From Octopus sinensis (lineage: Eukaryota): a stretch of 64,000 bases of DNA. The stretch covers positions 159,030,001 to 159,094,000 of the forward strand of contig NC_042999.1 of NCBI RefSeq assembly GCF_006345805.1, written 5' to 3'. This document shows, piece by piece, positions 1-12,044 of this stretch. Under the pieces are notes generated by a model. That model made no database searches. It was not told the origin of the DNA and was given only the letters and a program-made list of their open reading frames with translations. The translations under genes and the position numbers were made by a program. Positions within the stretch are counted from its first letter, which is position 1. Each line of letters begins with the position of its first letter.

Positions 1-1624
1 TATGGCGAATTGGATGGGCATCTTCCAAGGGGACTGCCTGTACCCACTGATCTTTGTACTGTGCGTGATACCAGTAACACTGATTCTGAGGAAAGAAAAA
101 GCTGGAATGTATTCAAAAGCCACCAACAAAAAGTTGACCTCAAACTTTATAGTAAAAACGAAGCCCAAGTCAATTCATTCGTTCGTGCTGTGTATACCCT
201 CAGTGCTGATATCTGAATGAGTTCGGACTGAGACAGTGTGGTGTGTTAATCTTGAAGAGAAGCAAAATCAAATGTATGGACGGGCTAACGATACCGTAGG
301 GGAGGTTATGAAGCAGATAGAAGAGACGGGCTATAAGTACATGGGAATTTTGGAAATGGATAAATTGATGGAGAAAGAAATGACAGAACAAGCTAAGGTG
401 GAGTACTTGCGCAGACTGAGAGTGATCCTTAAGTCAAAATTAAACGGACGGAATAAGATTGAAGTTAGCAACACCTGAGCGGTTTCTCTCCTTAGATATA
501 AAGCAGTGGTAATCGCATGGACAGTAGACGAACTAAACAGCTTAGAGAGAAAGACAGGGAAGTTGTTAACTAGATATGGGTCACTCCACACAAAAAGTGA
601 CATAGACAGACAGCATGTACCAAGAAAAAGAAGAGAAGAGGACTTATTGGATGCGAACACAGCATTAGAGCTGAAGAAAACAATATAGCATAGTATATAT
701 AAATGCCACAGAATCGCTATTATTAGAAGTAAGAAGGCCAGGTTTGTGTAGGATGAAAGATTGCCAAGATAAAGCAATATACAAGAAATTGTAAACGAAT
801 GAAACTGAAAATAGGTGGGTAAAGAAAATAATGCATGGTCAAATACGTAGAGATGTTGAAGATAAGACAGATAGAGAAAAAAAGATGGTTGTGGACGACT
901 AAAAGGGATTTAAAACCGGAAACAGAGTTTCTAATCTGTGCTGTCCAAGAGCAAGCACTAAGAACAAACTACATAAAATACAGAATAGGCAACACATCAG
1001 AAAGTGATAAGTGCAGAATCTGTGGACAAAACGATGAAACCGTATGGCAGATTACCAGCCAATGTACGCCACTAGCCCAGAAGGAATATAAGTGACGCCA
1101 CAACAATATAGCCAGGCTTGTTCATTTGACACTTTGCAACAAGTATGGTACGACCACAAACCTGAAGGCATCGTCGAAAATAGAAATACAAAGATCGTAA
1201 GGGAGTTTATGATTCAGTGCGACCATGAGATAGAGAATAGGAAGCCAGACATAGTCTTAATTGAGAAAGAAAACAAACTATACCGGGTCTTAGATATTGT
1301 ATGCCCACCTGACAACAAGGTATGCGAGAAGAAAGACAGATATGACAAGTCAGCTTGGAAAGTTAAGCAGTTGTGGTTGATGAAAAAGATAGCAGTAATA
1401 CCAATAAATGTCCGAGCCCTGAGAACAGTGAGCAAAAATCTCGTGAAATACGTGGAACAAATAGGGGCTGCAATGAGAGTGGAGCACATGCAGAAAACAG
1501 CACTGCTTGGAATCGGCCGAATACTCCGGAAGGCGGTCGAGAAATAAGCGGTGTTACCTTAGTTCACTGGTAGTGAACATCTGACACCGTAGTACATCTC
1601 CAGGGTTAGAAGCTGTGCAAAGGC

Positions 1625-1625
<1 letters not shown>
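1..1625 (+). mobile_element. R4/Dong-like RLE-type non-LTR retrotransposon, degenerate 3' part (RT, CCHC, restriction-like endonuclease, 3'UTR)
   Basis: Frameshifted ORFs contain GIFQGDCLYPLIFVL (RT), QEQALRTNYIK...CRICGQNDETVWQITSQC (CCHC knuckle) and RKPDIVLIEK...LDIVCP (PD..D RLE). The element ends directly in an (AAT)n tract. Confidence 0.9.
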
Positions 1626-1698
<73 letters not shown>

Positions 1699-1721
1699 TA
1701 ATAATAATAATAACAATAATA
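1626..1721. repeat. (TAA)n microsatellite at LINE 3' end
   Basis: About 30 AAT units, directly visible. Confidence 0.97.
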
Positions 1722-2917
1722 TATTAAGTATGATTGAGGAAACTGTAGTAGGACTCTCTATCTGTAACTATAATAGTAATTAACAGGTGATTTAATTGTA
1801 ATCAATTAATTTGGTGATTTGTACTTACACCTTCTCATAGGACTACTAGGCTAAATGTATTTAAGAATATTTGGACAATTACTGTTTGTCTAGGAGGACC
1901 ACCGCTTGGGTACTGTGCTTGTTATTTCAGAAGATAGACTTAGTATTATAATTCTCTAATTGAAGGTCAATGCCCTAGTAATTACCTGCCCTTAATAGTT
2001 GTCTCCCCATAACCATAGTTCCTTCCTTCGCATGGTGCTTGTTTACATGTCTGGCTGTTTCATCTACAATGTCCTAAGCGGCCTTGGGCCACTTATAACA
2101 TATGTTACTTCTCCATACTTTCACTTTTTATTTACTTTTTTATTTACATCTACCCGTATAACGGTCTTAATAGCTTACCCTTTGTTTTTAGATTTAACTG
2201 ACCAATTATATTGAAAGCTGGACTTTGGTCAACGCCATTACGGACAATAGGTGGTTGGTCTTTACAGTATACCAGTAAATAAATATAATTAAGTGATGGG
2301 CATTTTATTTGGACAAATGTTAATTAGTACTTTTAACACAATCTTAAGGAGAATTTTGATTACTTCTAAACGTTATGACACTATCACGCCGCCCTCTTCT
2401 TCTGGACCTATTGGCGTATCCGTTATGGTAAAGTACTTATTTTATTGATTTTATTATTTATGTACCATGTTACGCCCGAAGAAAGATTCACGCACCAATA
2501 AATATTTCTCCACGGCCTGAAGCGCTACACTGCAAAATGGCATGATTCAAATAAATTACTCTTCTCGATGCTCTTCTTTCTTTTCTTTTACTTTATGTAT
2601 TTTTCTTCACTGATGAAACTCCGTGTTCCAGATCGGATGTGTTACAAAATATGATGAATATTATTCTCAGAATTTTCTTTGGCAACACTGTAGGACAATG
2701 GAAGCAGAAACGGCTGTTAGATAGGATAAAGTTTTGTATTAAAAAATAATAATCGATGGTAGTGAATTGTTGTTGATCAAAAGCCACTTCGTTTTGCTTC
2801 TTACCTCACTACACTCTAAGGTTGCTGGGCCACACCTAAGTTATGATTCCTAGATATGCTTCTGCCGTTATGTTTTGGGAACTATATGCCCATTTGCATT
2901 GTATTCCTATTCCCAAA

Positions 2918-3303
2918 TCTTTATATATAAAAGCGAGGGTGTGTGCTGTCTGTCTCCTACGATTTAGATTCCTAACTACTCCCACATTTTGCGGTGCAGT
3001 TTAACCAAAACCGGGTATCTTATAGTCGTGATTCATATCAAGCCCTTCTGGGTATTAGCGCGCGTCTATGATGAGTTTACGATTTTAAAAAGATTTACCA
3101 TCAATTTTTCCCATTTTTAATGCATTTTTGGCATATATAAAGGAAGTAACTCTCTAAAAATTTATTATTAAATCTCAGAACGTAAAAAGCTACAGTAACA
3201 CCCCCCCTTGTAGTTAGCCATATTGAGATGGCTATTATACTTTACATCTCTAAAAATGCTTATTTTCCTTACAAACCCGAACAACGCCGGGCGATACTGC
3301 TAG
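2918..3303 (+). mobile_element. Non-autonomous Helitron-like element, copy 1
   Basis: A|TC 5' end, CTAG|T 3' end, subterminal hairpin cccgaacaacgccggg, no TSD. A close copy lies at 63107-63508. Confidence 0.8.
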
Positions 3304-3599
3304 TAACTCATAATTTCCGAAGTGTTTAACTAGTAATAATTTGACTATATCAATGTTGTCTAATACAGTTTTGTTGTATCTCTTTTCTTTGTAAATGTGA
3401 TACGATAAAAGAAGTCATTATGCCACAATATATTTCCCTTACACACGTCTGCATTTCTTATCTAAATGGAATCCGGATAAATGATATCAAGTGAGATTTC
3501 AGTTGAGTATAGTTTTTTCAATTTTCTTTGAACATTTTCTCACATATATTGATGCATATCAATCATACTTAGCGAAACCTACAGTCCAAGTATACACAG

Positions 3600-3732
3600 A
3601 TGTATGTATGTATGTATGTATGTATGTATGTATGTATGTATGTATGTATGTATGTATGTATGTATGTATGTATGTATGTGTATGTATGTATGTATGTATG
3701 TATGTATGTATGTATGTATGTATGTATGTATG
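3600..3732. repeat. (TATG)n microsatellite
   Basis: Directly visible; source of the MYVC/HTYI pseudo-ORFs. Confidence 0.97.
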
Positions 3733-5192
3733 CAAGTATGTATACAAGTACGTATGTACACATAGGCATACAAAGAGGAGGGAGATTGACACAGATAGAA
3801 ATAGCTTCATAGGTACTAAATATATAATAGGTATCCCTACTAAAGTATTTGTATTTCTAATGGAACCAAAGTAAACAACCATGTGTTTTTGACCAGGATG
3901 AGTACATCTTCATGAATAAGAAAGTACGATGAAAATCAAACAAGTTGATTCTCGTCGCAGGCCTTGAAAGCTGCTCTTGTGGAATTTATTTGACAGCAAC
4001 ATAAAATACTCATAGATATAGCTCTGTCTTGTTAGAATGTGTAAATGTTAAAGTTAAGGAAGAGGAGTTCCGAATTTATGAACTCTCCAAGCGGATTAAA
4101 CGCATGTCTCGAGATACCCAAATGGTCAAAAAATGTCAGCAGAAGGACACCCAGATGCTGTGACTTGGATGCAGCCCGGCCCCCTGAGAGTGTAAGAATT
4201 TAAGAAGCGAAAAACTTACCTGGGGGTTCTTCTGTAAAGACCTGCCGTTGAGCTCACTTGAGAGTTTCTTACGATAGATACATGCATATCTTACGGGAAT
4301 TTGTCTCATTAAACATATTTCTCTTTTTGTTGTTTCATTCATTGAACTGCAGTCAAGCAGGCATTCCTCGTAATTAATAATCAGTTTATTTTTCAATTAT
4401 TTGTTTAATAACTCATTCAAATGACTCGATTTGTTTTAAAATGAAGATACTGATTGTCTGTTAATCTTAAAATGCTTCAAATGTTTTGCATTTTCTTTTT
4501 CAATTTAAATTCCTGGAACCAACAATATCTTTGACCTTTGTGTTAATATCAAGCTAACAAATTCTTCATGACGTTAGTTATTAATGTCGTCGAAACTGAT
4601 AAGACGGCAGCTTAAACCAGCGTTTAATAATTGGCATAAAGTTAGCTGTACCGTTAAGAATTAAATGTTTATAACTCTGCTTAAGTACTGTCGATCGTTT
4701 CATGAAGATTTGGCTTTTAAGTCCAGCAGATCGATCGACCACGAAAATAATCGTTTATACCTCGTGAGAAACATTTAGTTTTCATGAAGTTTTATGTTAT
4801 TTTATTCTACAAGCATTTCTAATTGTACATCAGAATAAACATATTAGGCAATTGGTTATGTAAGCAAATTCATAGACTATCAGCAAATGTGTTGAAAATG
4901 AAGAAATGTTAACTCCTTATTCTATATGAATGTTGGTTTATACGCTTGGAGATAATTAGAATGTTTTCTAGACCATATATCTTCTTGGGCTTTGTATTAA
5001 GTTGACCACTATCAAATATGTATTGGAGGTCGATGATTTTTTATTAACCATAAAAGGACTTACATAGAAGGGACACTACAACACATTGGGGACACAAGAC
5101 ATCAAACAAATTAACGTATGATAAAATGAGAGAAAGGGTGAAAATGAGAGATGAAAGTGATGCTAACGGCCCCATCCGCTAGCATCACTTAC

Positions 5193-5293
5193 CTGTACTT
5201 CCTTCTTAAACCGGAATGAAATGTATATAGTCCTCCAGTTTAGAATTAAATTTCCTTTCCATTTCAGACAATCTTTCCTCTTCAATTTTATAT
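5193..5293 (-). other. Candidate exon, gene unassigned
   Basis: On minus: acceptor ttttactggttag|, consensus donor CAG|GTAAGT, purine-rich body. One frame reads YKIEEERLSEMERKFNSKLEDYIHFIPV* and another is fully open (IKLKRKDC...FKKEVQ). Confidence 0.4.
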
Positions 5294-6179
5294 CTAACCA
5301 GTAAAAATATACTATATACATTTCATTAAGAATGAAGAGAGGAAAACCCTTCCTTCAAATTTTTTGGCAACTTCTGCAACCACAAAATACGAACAGAGAT
5401 CCAAACAATATTTTTTTTAAAGATTTCTTGTCTTAATTGTCACGTAAAATATATGAAACAATTGATACTGAGCTATCGAAATTTGACCTATTAATATTTT
5501 AACGACTACATACAAATGTTCCCTGTAATGTCTAAAGTTTGATATCTTCTTAGACAGCTCATTAGGTGGTTAAATGATTTGTGTGCTTTATAACAATTAC
5601 TTATTAATGAATTTATTGACGATATCATCCATCACAAAGATAAAATGCAATTATCTATGTTTCTTTGTTATATGATACTGTTAGCCTGCTTTAGTCTAGA
5701 GCTCTGCATCCTGAATACAATTCACTTCTTGACTGCAAAGCAATATATTCAATATTTGCAGCAATAAAGATGTACTGTTACTTTAAAAATTCTATTGTCT
5801 TTTCGTAATTTTTCTATGTTTAGAGGCGTGATTATCTGAAATATGCGTAACTATTTTCTCTAGGCTATATTGTGCTTACAACAGATTATATGCCCTATGT
5901 AAACTCATGATGCAGACCCTCAAACTTTATGTCGCTCATTAAACTGCCATATGGTAAAAGCGATTTTATAACAGTGCAATACATAGAGGAGGTTTTGCAG
6001 TACAGCTAAAACTTGAGATAGGTTTATTCACTTATACTGTCTTCGTTGCTTCCTTCTAAACACTTAGTTTCTTGATACTATATATTATTCTTCCTTTCAT
6101 CGTCAATAAAAGCAATTATCTGTGAATTCCTGTAGGACATTTAATCGTCTATTTCACCTTTGTTTGGAGCAATTTTCTC

Positions 6180-7100
6180 TTTCTAAAGTCGTAAACTTTA
6201 CCGGGCTTCAAAAACTGATTAGGCGTATGCAAATGATGTTAAACTGGAGTAGGGTCAATTTTGAAACAATAATAGAACAATCTACCCCAACGACTCTCAG
6301 AGGTGAGCTGTTCTACCTTTCATGAGCAAAGATTTCTCCCTCCTTACTATGTTTTATTCTCCACAAATGGAGTACCAGTCAAAGAAATCTAGGAATTTAG
6401 TACAATAAAAATTCAACCATAGTTATTCTAACAAACTAATAAAATCAAACAGCCGAGCAACATAAGAAAGAAGACAACACGGTAATGCCTCTGGTATTAC
6501 GTTTCTTAGAAACACTATTAAAATATAGTTGGTGATTTTCATACGAATCAATGCATCCAAAACTCCTAAAAGAAATCACAATATATATTACACCAAATCA
6601 TAAAGTAACACAAATAATATACTACAAAAAATAGCATTCGAGCTGGCTCATCATTAAAGAATGACATACACGTAAACCATTTGTCAAACCACAAATGTCC
6701 AATATGATTTATAAATTTGACGTAAATGTGAAAGCTGTAAACTGTAAAACCACAGATGTTATATTGACCAGCAAGCACGATACATACAATTACTACATAG
6801 AGCAATATGTATTTGAAATAAATTCGAAGTATGGATATTCATTACGTTGGGGAATAGAAAAGAGAATTATAATTCGAACATGAAATTGTTGATGGTCGTT
6901 CAAACATAGACATTTGCAATTATATGTTTCATTTCGTGATATTACTATATGCAAGACATTTTCGTGGTTTTTCAAGAGGTCTGGTCATTGACACAATTCT
7001 GGAATTCATTGGAATTGTATAATTTCACATGCACATCTTTGATATCTTTTCAGGCTTAACGGAATACAATATTACCAGCAAATAAAAACGTGTGTTACAA
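6180..7100 (+). mobile_element. Highly degenerate Penelope-like remnant (GIY-YIG region)
   Basis: Frameshifted NMIYKF-xCKCESC...CYIDQ resembles the GIY-YIG motif VYKFxCxC...YIG. Confidence 0.45.
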
Positions 7101-7251
7101 ATGCTTTTTACAACTCTTCCGTAATACACTTGCGTCATTTCCAACACATAATAACACAAACCAAAGACCTATTTTTAATATTTATAAACGATATAGCATA
7201 ATGCAACATAAATTTTCATCAATATATATACTCACAAGTTTTTGAAGGTGC

Positions 7252-7406
7252 ATTTATGTATGCATGTGTGTGTATGTATATATGTACGTACTTATGTATG
7301 TATGTATGTATGTATGTATGTATGTATGTATGTATGTATGTATGTATGTATATGTATGTATGTATGTATATATGTATGTATGCATGTATGTATGTATGTA
7401 TGTATG

Positions 7407-7491
<85 letters not shown>
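7252..7491. repeat. Compound (TATG)n/(TA)n microsatellite
   Basis: Directly visible. Confidence 0.97.
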
Positions 7492-7494
<3 letters not shown>

Positions 7495-7780
7495 GAGGTG
7501 CAATGGCCCAACGGTTAGGGGAGCAGACTCGCGATTGTAGGATCGCGGTTTCGATTCCCAGACAGGGCGTTGTAAGTGTTTATTGAGCGAAAACACCTAA
7601 AACTCCACGAGGCTCCGGAAGAGGGTGGTGGCCACAACTTTCTCTCGCTCTTTCTTCTGTTGGTCTGCTCGCTTAACCAGCGGAGTGGCGTCATTTGAAG
7701 GCTAAAACAATGCGAAGCGCATTGTGACCAGCGATGTGTAGCAACATCCGATAGCCTGGTCAGTCACAGTGATCACGGTG
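7492..7780 (+). mobile_element. tRNA-derived SINE, group A head with tail type 2
   Basis: A-box-like tggcccaacgg and B-box gtttcgattcc. The head is shared with 62163-62534, but the 3' tail differs (aatgcgaagcgcattgtgaccagc). Confidence 0.85.
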
Positions 7781-7851
<71 letters not shown>

Positions 7852-7957
7852 ACATACATGCACAACACCACACACAACATATATATATATATATATACAA
7901 CATACATACACTCATACACACACACACATATATAATATATATATTTATATTTATATA

Positions 7958-8368
7958 AGGGCAGTGAGCTGGTAGAATCATTAGCACGCCGGGCGGAGTG
8001 CTTAGCGGTATTTCGTCTGCCGCTACGTTCTGAGTTCAAATTCCGCCGAGGTCGACATTATCTTTCATCCTTTCGGGGTCGATAAATTAAGTTCCAGTTA
8101 GGCACTGAGGTCGATATAATAGACTTAATCCGTTTGTCTGTCCTTGTTTGTCCTCTCTGTGTTTAGCCCCTTGTGGGTAGTAAAGAAATAGGTATTTTGT
8201 CTGCCGTTACGTTCTGAATTCAAATTCCGTCGAGGTCGACTGTGCCTTTCAACCATTCTGGGTCGATTAAATAAGTACCAGTTACGCACTGAGGTCGATG
8301 TTATCGACTTAATCCGTTTGCCTGTCCATGCTTGTCTCCTCTATGCTTAGCCCCTGTGGGCAATAAAG

Positions 8369-8371
<3 letters not shown>
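7958..8371 (+). mobile_element. Two tandem group B tRNA-SINEs (second is 5'-truncated)
   Basis: gagctggtagaatc...gagttcaaattcc head and conserved core gtcgac...ttcatcctttcggggtcgataaattaag, occurring twice. Confidence 0.85.
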
Positions 8372-8422
<51 letters not shown>

Positions 8423-8479
8423 TTCATTCATCTATTACGTTCTCATTGTGCCTTGTGGAACTTGAAGTGACAGGAAGAT

Positions 8480-8700
8480 CATTACCCCTTCTAACACTGA
8501 AAGCGTCCACTACACTAGTTTTGCAGTAGCTACCATACAGAGGAACACTCCCATCCCAAACTTGTAAATTGAGGACAGTGTTAGGTGGTCATTTGTTATT
8601 GTTCTCCGCCACTTTTCCTTTGGTTGGCCACGTCTTCTTTTACCTTGTAGAACACATTGCAAAGCGATCCTGAGAATTGAGTTCGATTTATAGCGACAAA
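8480..8700 (-). mobile_element. RTE-type LINE 3' fragment, degenerate
   Basis: Minus frame reads LQGKRRRGQPKEKWRRTI, typical of the RTE C-terminus. Confidence 0.55.
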
Positions 8701-8821
8701 CTCGACCCAGCTATTTCCATTTTCGCCTATGCCGGTCCCAATCCCAGATTTAAATGGAGAAGGGTTGGGCATAGGGCTAGCACCCCCATCTCGTGAAAAT
8801 GTATCACAAGCTACAGAAACG

Positions 8822-8849
<28 letters not shown>

Positions 8850-8853
<4 letters not shown>

Positions 8854-9010
8854 AAACAAGTCAAAATAGAAAATGCTAAAAATTTTATAAAGAACATTTC
8901 AGTACCGGTTTCGGTCATTTTGAGCACGATACATCAAAATGACCGAAACCGGTACTGAAATGTTCTTTATAAAATTATTTTAGCATTTTCTATTTTGACT
9001 TGTTTTTTCA
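8850..9010. repeat. Foldback palindrome (~75-bp arms, 10-nt loop) in (TA)n, carrying a hammerhead 3' half
   Basis: Arms 8850-8923 and 8934-9010 are reverse complements with one 2-nt indel. The arm contains gaccGAAACCGGTActgaaatg. Confidence 0.9.
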
Positions 9011-9058
9011 TATATATCAACTCATGTGTTCCTTTTCACCCTTATACATATATATATA

Positions 9059-9112
<54 letters not shown>

Positions 9113-9116
<4 letters not shown>

Positions 9117-9379
9117 GTGTTGTATGTGATTGTGTGTGCGTTGTGTACATATATATTACTCTTTTACTCTTTTACTTATTTCAGTCATTTGACTGTGGCC
9201 ATGCTGAAGCACCGTGTTTGGTCGAGCACATCGACCCCACACTTATTTTTTGGAAGCCTAGTACTTATTCTATCGGTCTCTTTTGTCGAACCGCTAAGAA
9301 ACGGCGACGTAAGCACACAATCATCGGTTGTCAAGCGATGTTGGGGGGGCGGGCAAATGCAAACACATAAACACACCGT

Positions 9380-9414
<35 letters not shown>

Positions 9415-9681
9415 GTGTGTGTATGTGATTGTGTGTGCGTGTGTGTACATATATATACTCTTTTACTCTTTTACTTATTTCAGTCATTTGACTGTGGCCA
9501 TGCTGAAGCACCGTGTTTGGTCGAGCACATCGACCCCACGACTTATTTTTTGGAAGCCTAGTACTTATTCTATCGGTCTCTTTTGCCGAACCGCTAAGTA
9601 ACGGTGACGTAAGCACACAATCATCGGTTGTCAAACGATGTTGGGGGGGTGGGGACAAATACAAACACATAAACACACCGT

Positions 9682-9715
<34 letters not shown>
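9113..9715 (-). mobile_element. Tandem duplication (~300-bp unit) of a group C SINE 3' domain
   Basis: Two adjacent copies share private variants (cttatttcag, gaagcaccgtgtttgg), so the duplication is local. Confidence 0.85.
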
Positions 9716-9716
<1 letters not shown>

Positions 9717-9989
9717 GACGGGCTTCTTTCATTATTGTATCTGAGGAGAGTCATTCAGTTTTAGTGTCTTATTTAACACAATCACCGGTTCGATTTCCAG
9801 ACATTTATTTATCTTTTCTAAAATTTTCGTTGCATCTCGGAACCTTTACAATTGTCGATGGCTCTGTCCGTTATCAATGCTACGTACTTTTTGTTTATTC
9901 GTTTGTACACATGTGTGTGCATCAGTGTGCATGTGTATACACATATGTATGCATGTATGTATGCATACATGTATGCATGCATTTATGCC

Positions 9990-10965
9990 TTGTATAAAAA
10001 TACTTTGCCTTCGTCAATGAAATATACCAAGAATAGGTATATGCAGGCGTATATACATACATATGCACGTATATAGACAGCCAGTTCAGTTATCCGTCCA
10101 ACCACTATGCGTTATTGGCCAAATATCATCACAATAGATGTAATTATGAAATTGAATATATATACATTTCTATATAACTAAGGATAAGATCGTTTGGACG
10201 GATAACTGAACTGGTTGTGTGTATACGTACATATATATACATATAGGCCTGCGTATGTTTGTGTGTGTATATATGTAATTATGTACAATTCTTGGTATAT
10301 TTAATTGACGAAGGCAAAATATTTTTATACAGAGCCAGAAACCCAGGGTCTGGAATTATCCAATTTACACTAGCTTATTTATCTATTTTTCTTTTCAACT
10401 TGAGCTGTATTGGATATATAAAGTGGTTTTAGAATCAGGTTTTGACTGTTATTTCAAGCATGGTAGTATCTCTTAGATACCAGTTTTTATAATTTTAATA
10501 ATAATTATAACCTACAAGGTTTTTTCTTCCCATGCTGCCACTTGATTTGATCGTTATTTAAATACCGATCTTATCCTTATTTATATAGAAATGTTTATAT
10601 ATTCACTTCATTATATTTAATCTGGTCATGTTTTGACCATATAGCACATGCTGTTTGGACGGATAATTTAACTGGTCGTCTATATACGTGCATATATAGG
10701 TATATACGCGTACGCATACTAAGGGTTAGCATGTTTGTGTGTATATGTATATATATATAAATATGTTCGACTCTTGGCATATTTCACTGACGAAGGCGAA
10801 GTATTTTCATACAGAGCCAGAAACCCAGGGTCTGGAACTATCCAATTTTCACTAGTATATTTATCTATTTGTCTTTTCACCTTGTGCTGTATTGAATACA
10901 TGATGAGGTTTTTGAGTCAGGTTTTGACTGCTGTTTCAAGCATGGTGGAATCTCTTAGATACCCA
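9990..10965. mobile_element. pLTR/retrozyme-like composite of direct and inverted copies
   Basis: 10194-10480 and 10654-10965 are direct copies. 9990-10101 is an inverted partial copy, and 10102-10193 is inverted relative to 10565-10650. It contains hammerhead motifs. Confidence 0.65.
10779..10842 (+). ncRNA. Minimal type-I hammerhead ribozyme motif
   Basis: atttca-CTGACGA-a-ggc...gcc-a-GAAA-CCCAGGG-TC-tggaa: canonical core, GUC triplet (cleavage after 10832), quasi-palindromic stem III, wobbly stem I. A sister copy at ~10297-10360 has TTGACGA. Confidence 0.6.
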
Positions 10966-11195
<230 letters not shown>

Positions 11196-11519
11196 CTGCA
11201 GGTTAGCTTAAACACGTTTATGACATATTTCATCTTCTAAAGGCAATTTCATTCTAGCTACCGTGGGGAGAAAATTGTCTTATGATAAAAGGTGTGAGCA
11301 ATAACATATCTGCCCAGTACTGCCCCCTATCGGATCACTAGATGCGAGGTTTCTGGGTTTTGAACCTCCGTCATTGCAAAATGCTAAAGAGAGGTAACTC
11401 TGGCAAAAACAAAAATGCCTTATCTGAGAATCCAATTGATAGAAGCACTGCGCAGACATGTTGTTTTTGCACCTTTTACCATAAGAAACAGTTTTATGCA
11501 TAATCACTTGTGATGCTGT

Positions 11520-11562
<43 letters not shown>

Positions 11563-11628
11563 GCGTACGTGTGCGTGCGCGCGCGTATATGTGTATGTGT
11601 GCGTGTGTGTGTGTGTGTGTGTGTGGTA

Positions 11629-11659
<31 letters not shown>

Positions 11660-11781
11660 GTTTGCGTTTACCGAGAGAGTGATTGAGAGGGAGAGAGAGA
11701 GAGAGAGAGAGAGAGACATAGGAGAGCCACCTAGCGTAGATAGACAGATTTAAGAATACTGGAAGAATAACAGATATCAAA

Positions 11782-11787
11782 TTTATT
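11782..11787 (-). promoter_or_regulatory. Putative poly(A) signal AATAAA of the TPR gene
   Basis: About 33 nt downstream of the TGA at 11820-11822 on the minus strand. Confidence 0.5.
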
Positions 11788-11819
11788 TCTTAGAAACAAT
11801 TCAGTAATTTACAGGTGTT

Positions 11820-11959
11820 TCAACGCTTTTTCAAACGAGATTCGCCAAGTGGATAATGTTCTTTCTGGTGAAGACGCGCCCATATATTTTGCAATGATGT
11901 TGGCTCAGTCACGTGGTTCAAAGCTCTTAAGAATACTTCTTCACTTTCTTTTCGTCGAT
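11820..11959 (-). CDS. Terminal coding exon of a TPR-repeat protein (TMTC-like)
   Basis: Strong acceptor tttgtttattttttttatcag|. Phase-1 start, open to TGA: (N)RRKESEEVFLRALNHVTEPTSLQNIWARLHQKEHYPLGESRLKKR*. It joins in frame to exon 45859-45973. Confidence 0.8.
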
Positions 11960-12044
11960 CTGATAAAAAAAATAAACAAAAACTATTTTAAATATAAATA
12001 TATATTTCATCTAATACATACCTCAGTACTTACATGTAGGTTTC

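Noticed and set aside
2611-2640. CTGATGA words here and at ~61053 and ~62852
   Set aside because: No downstream GAAA and no stems I-III, so these are not hammerheads.
2593-2836. Minus-strand splice-like signals (cctacag| at ~2690, gag|gtaaga at ~2805)
   Set aside because: No coherent protein-like frame and no phase partner; could be chance or UTR.
4136-4396. ORF with a strong donor CAG|GTAAGT at 4220/4219
   Set aside because: No clear acceptor or recognisable product. It is possibly a UTR exon but cannot be supported.
7492-7570. tRNA gene at SINE heads
   Set aside because: A and B boxes are present but there is no proper acceptor stem, and it continues into the SINE body. No true tRNA or rRNA genes were found.
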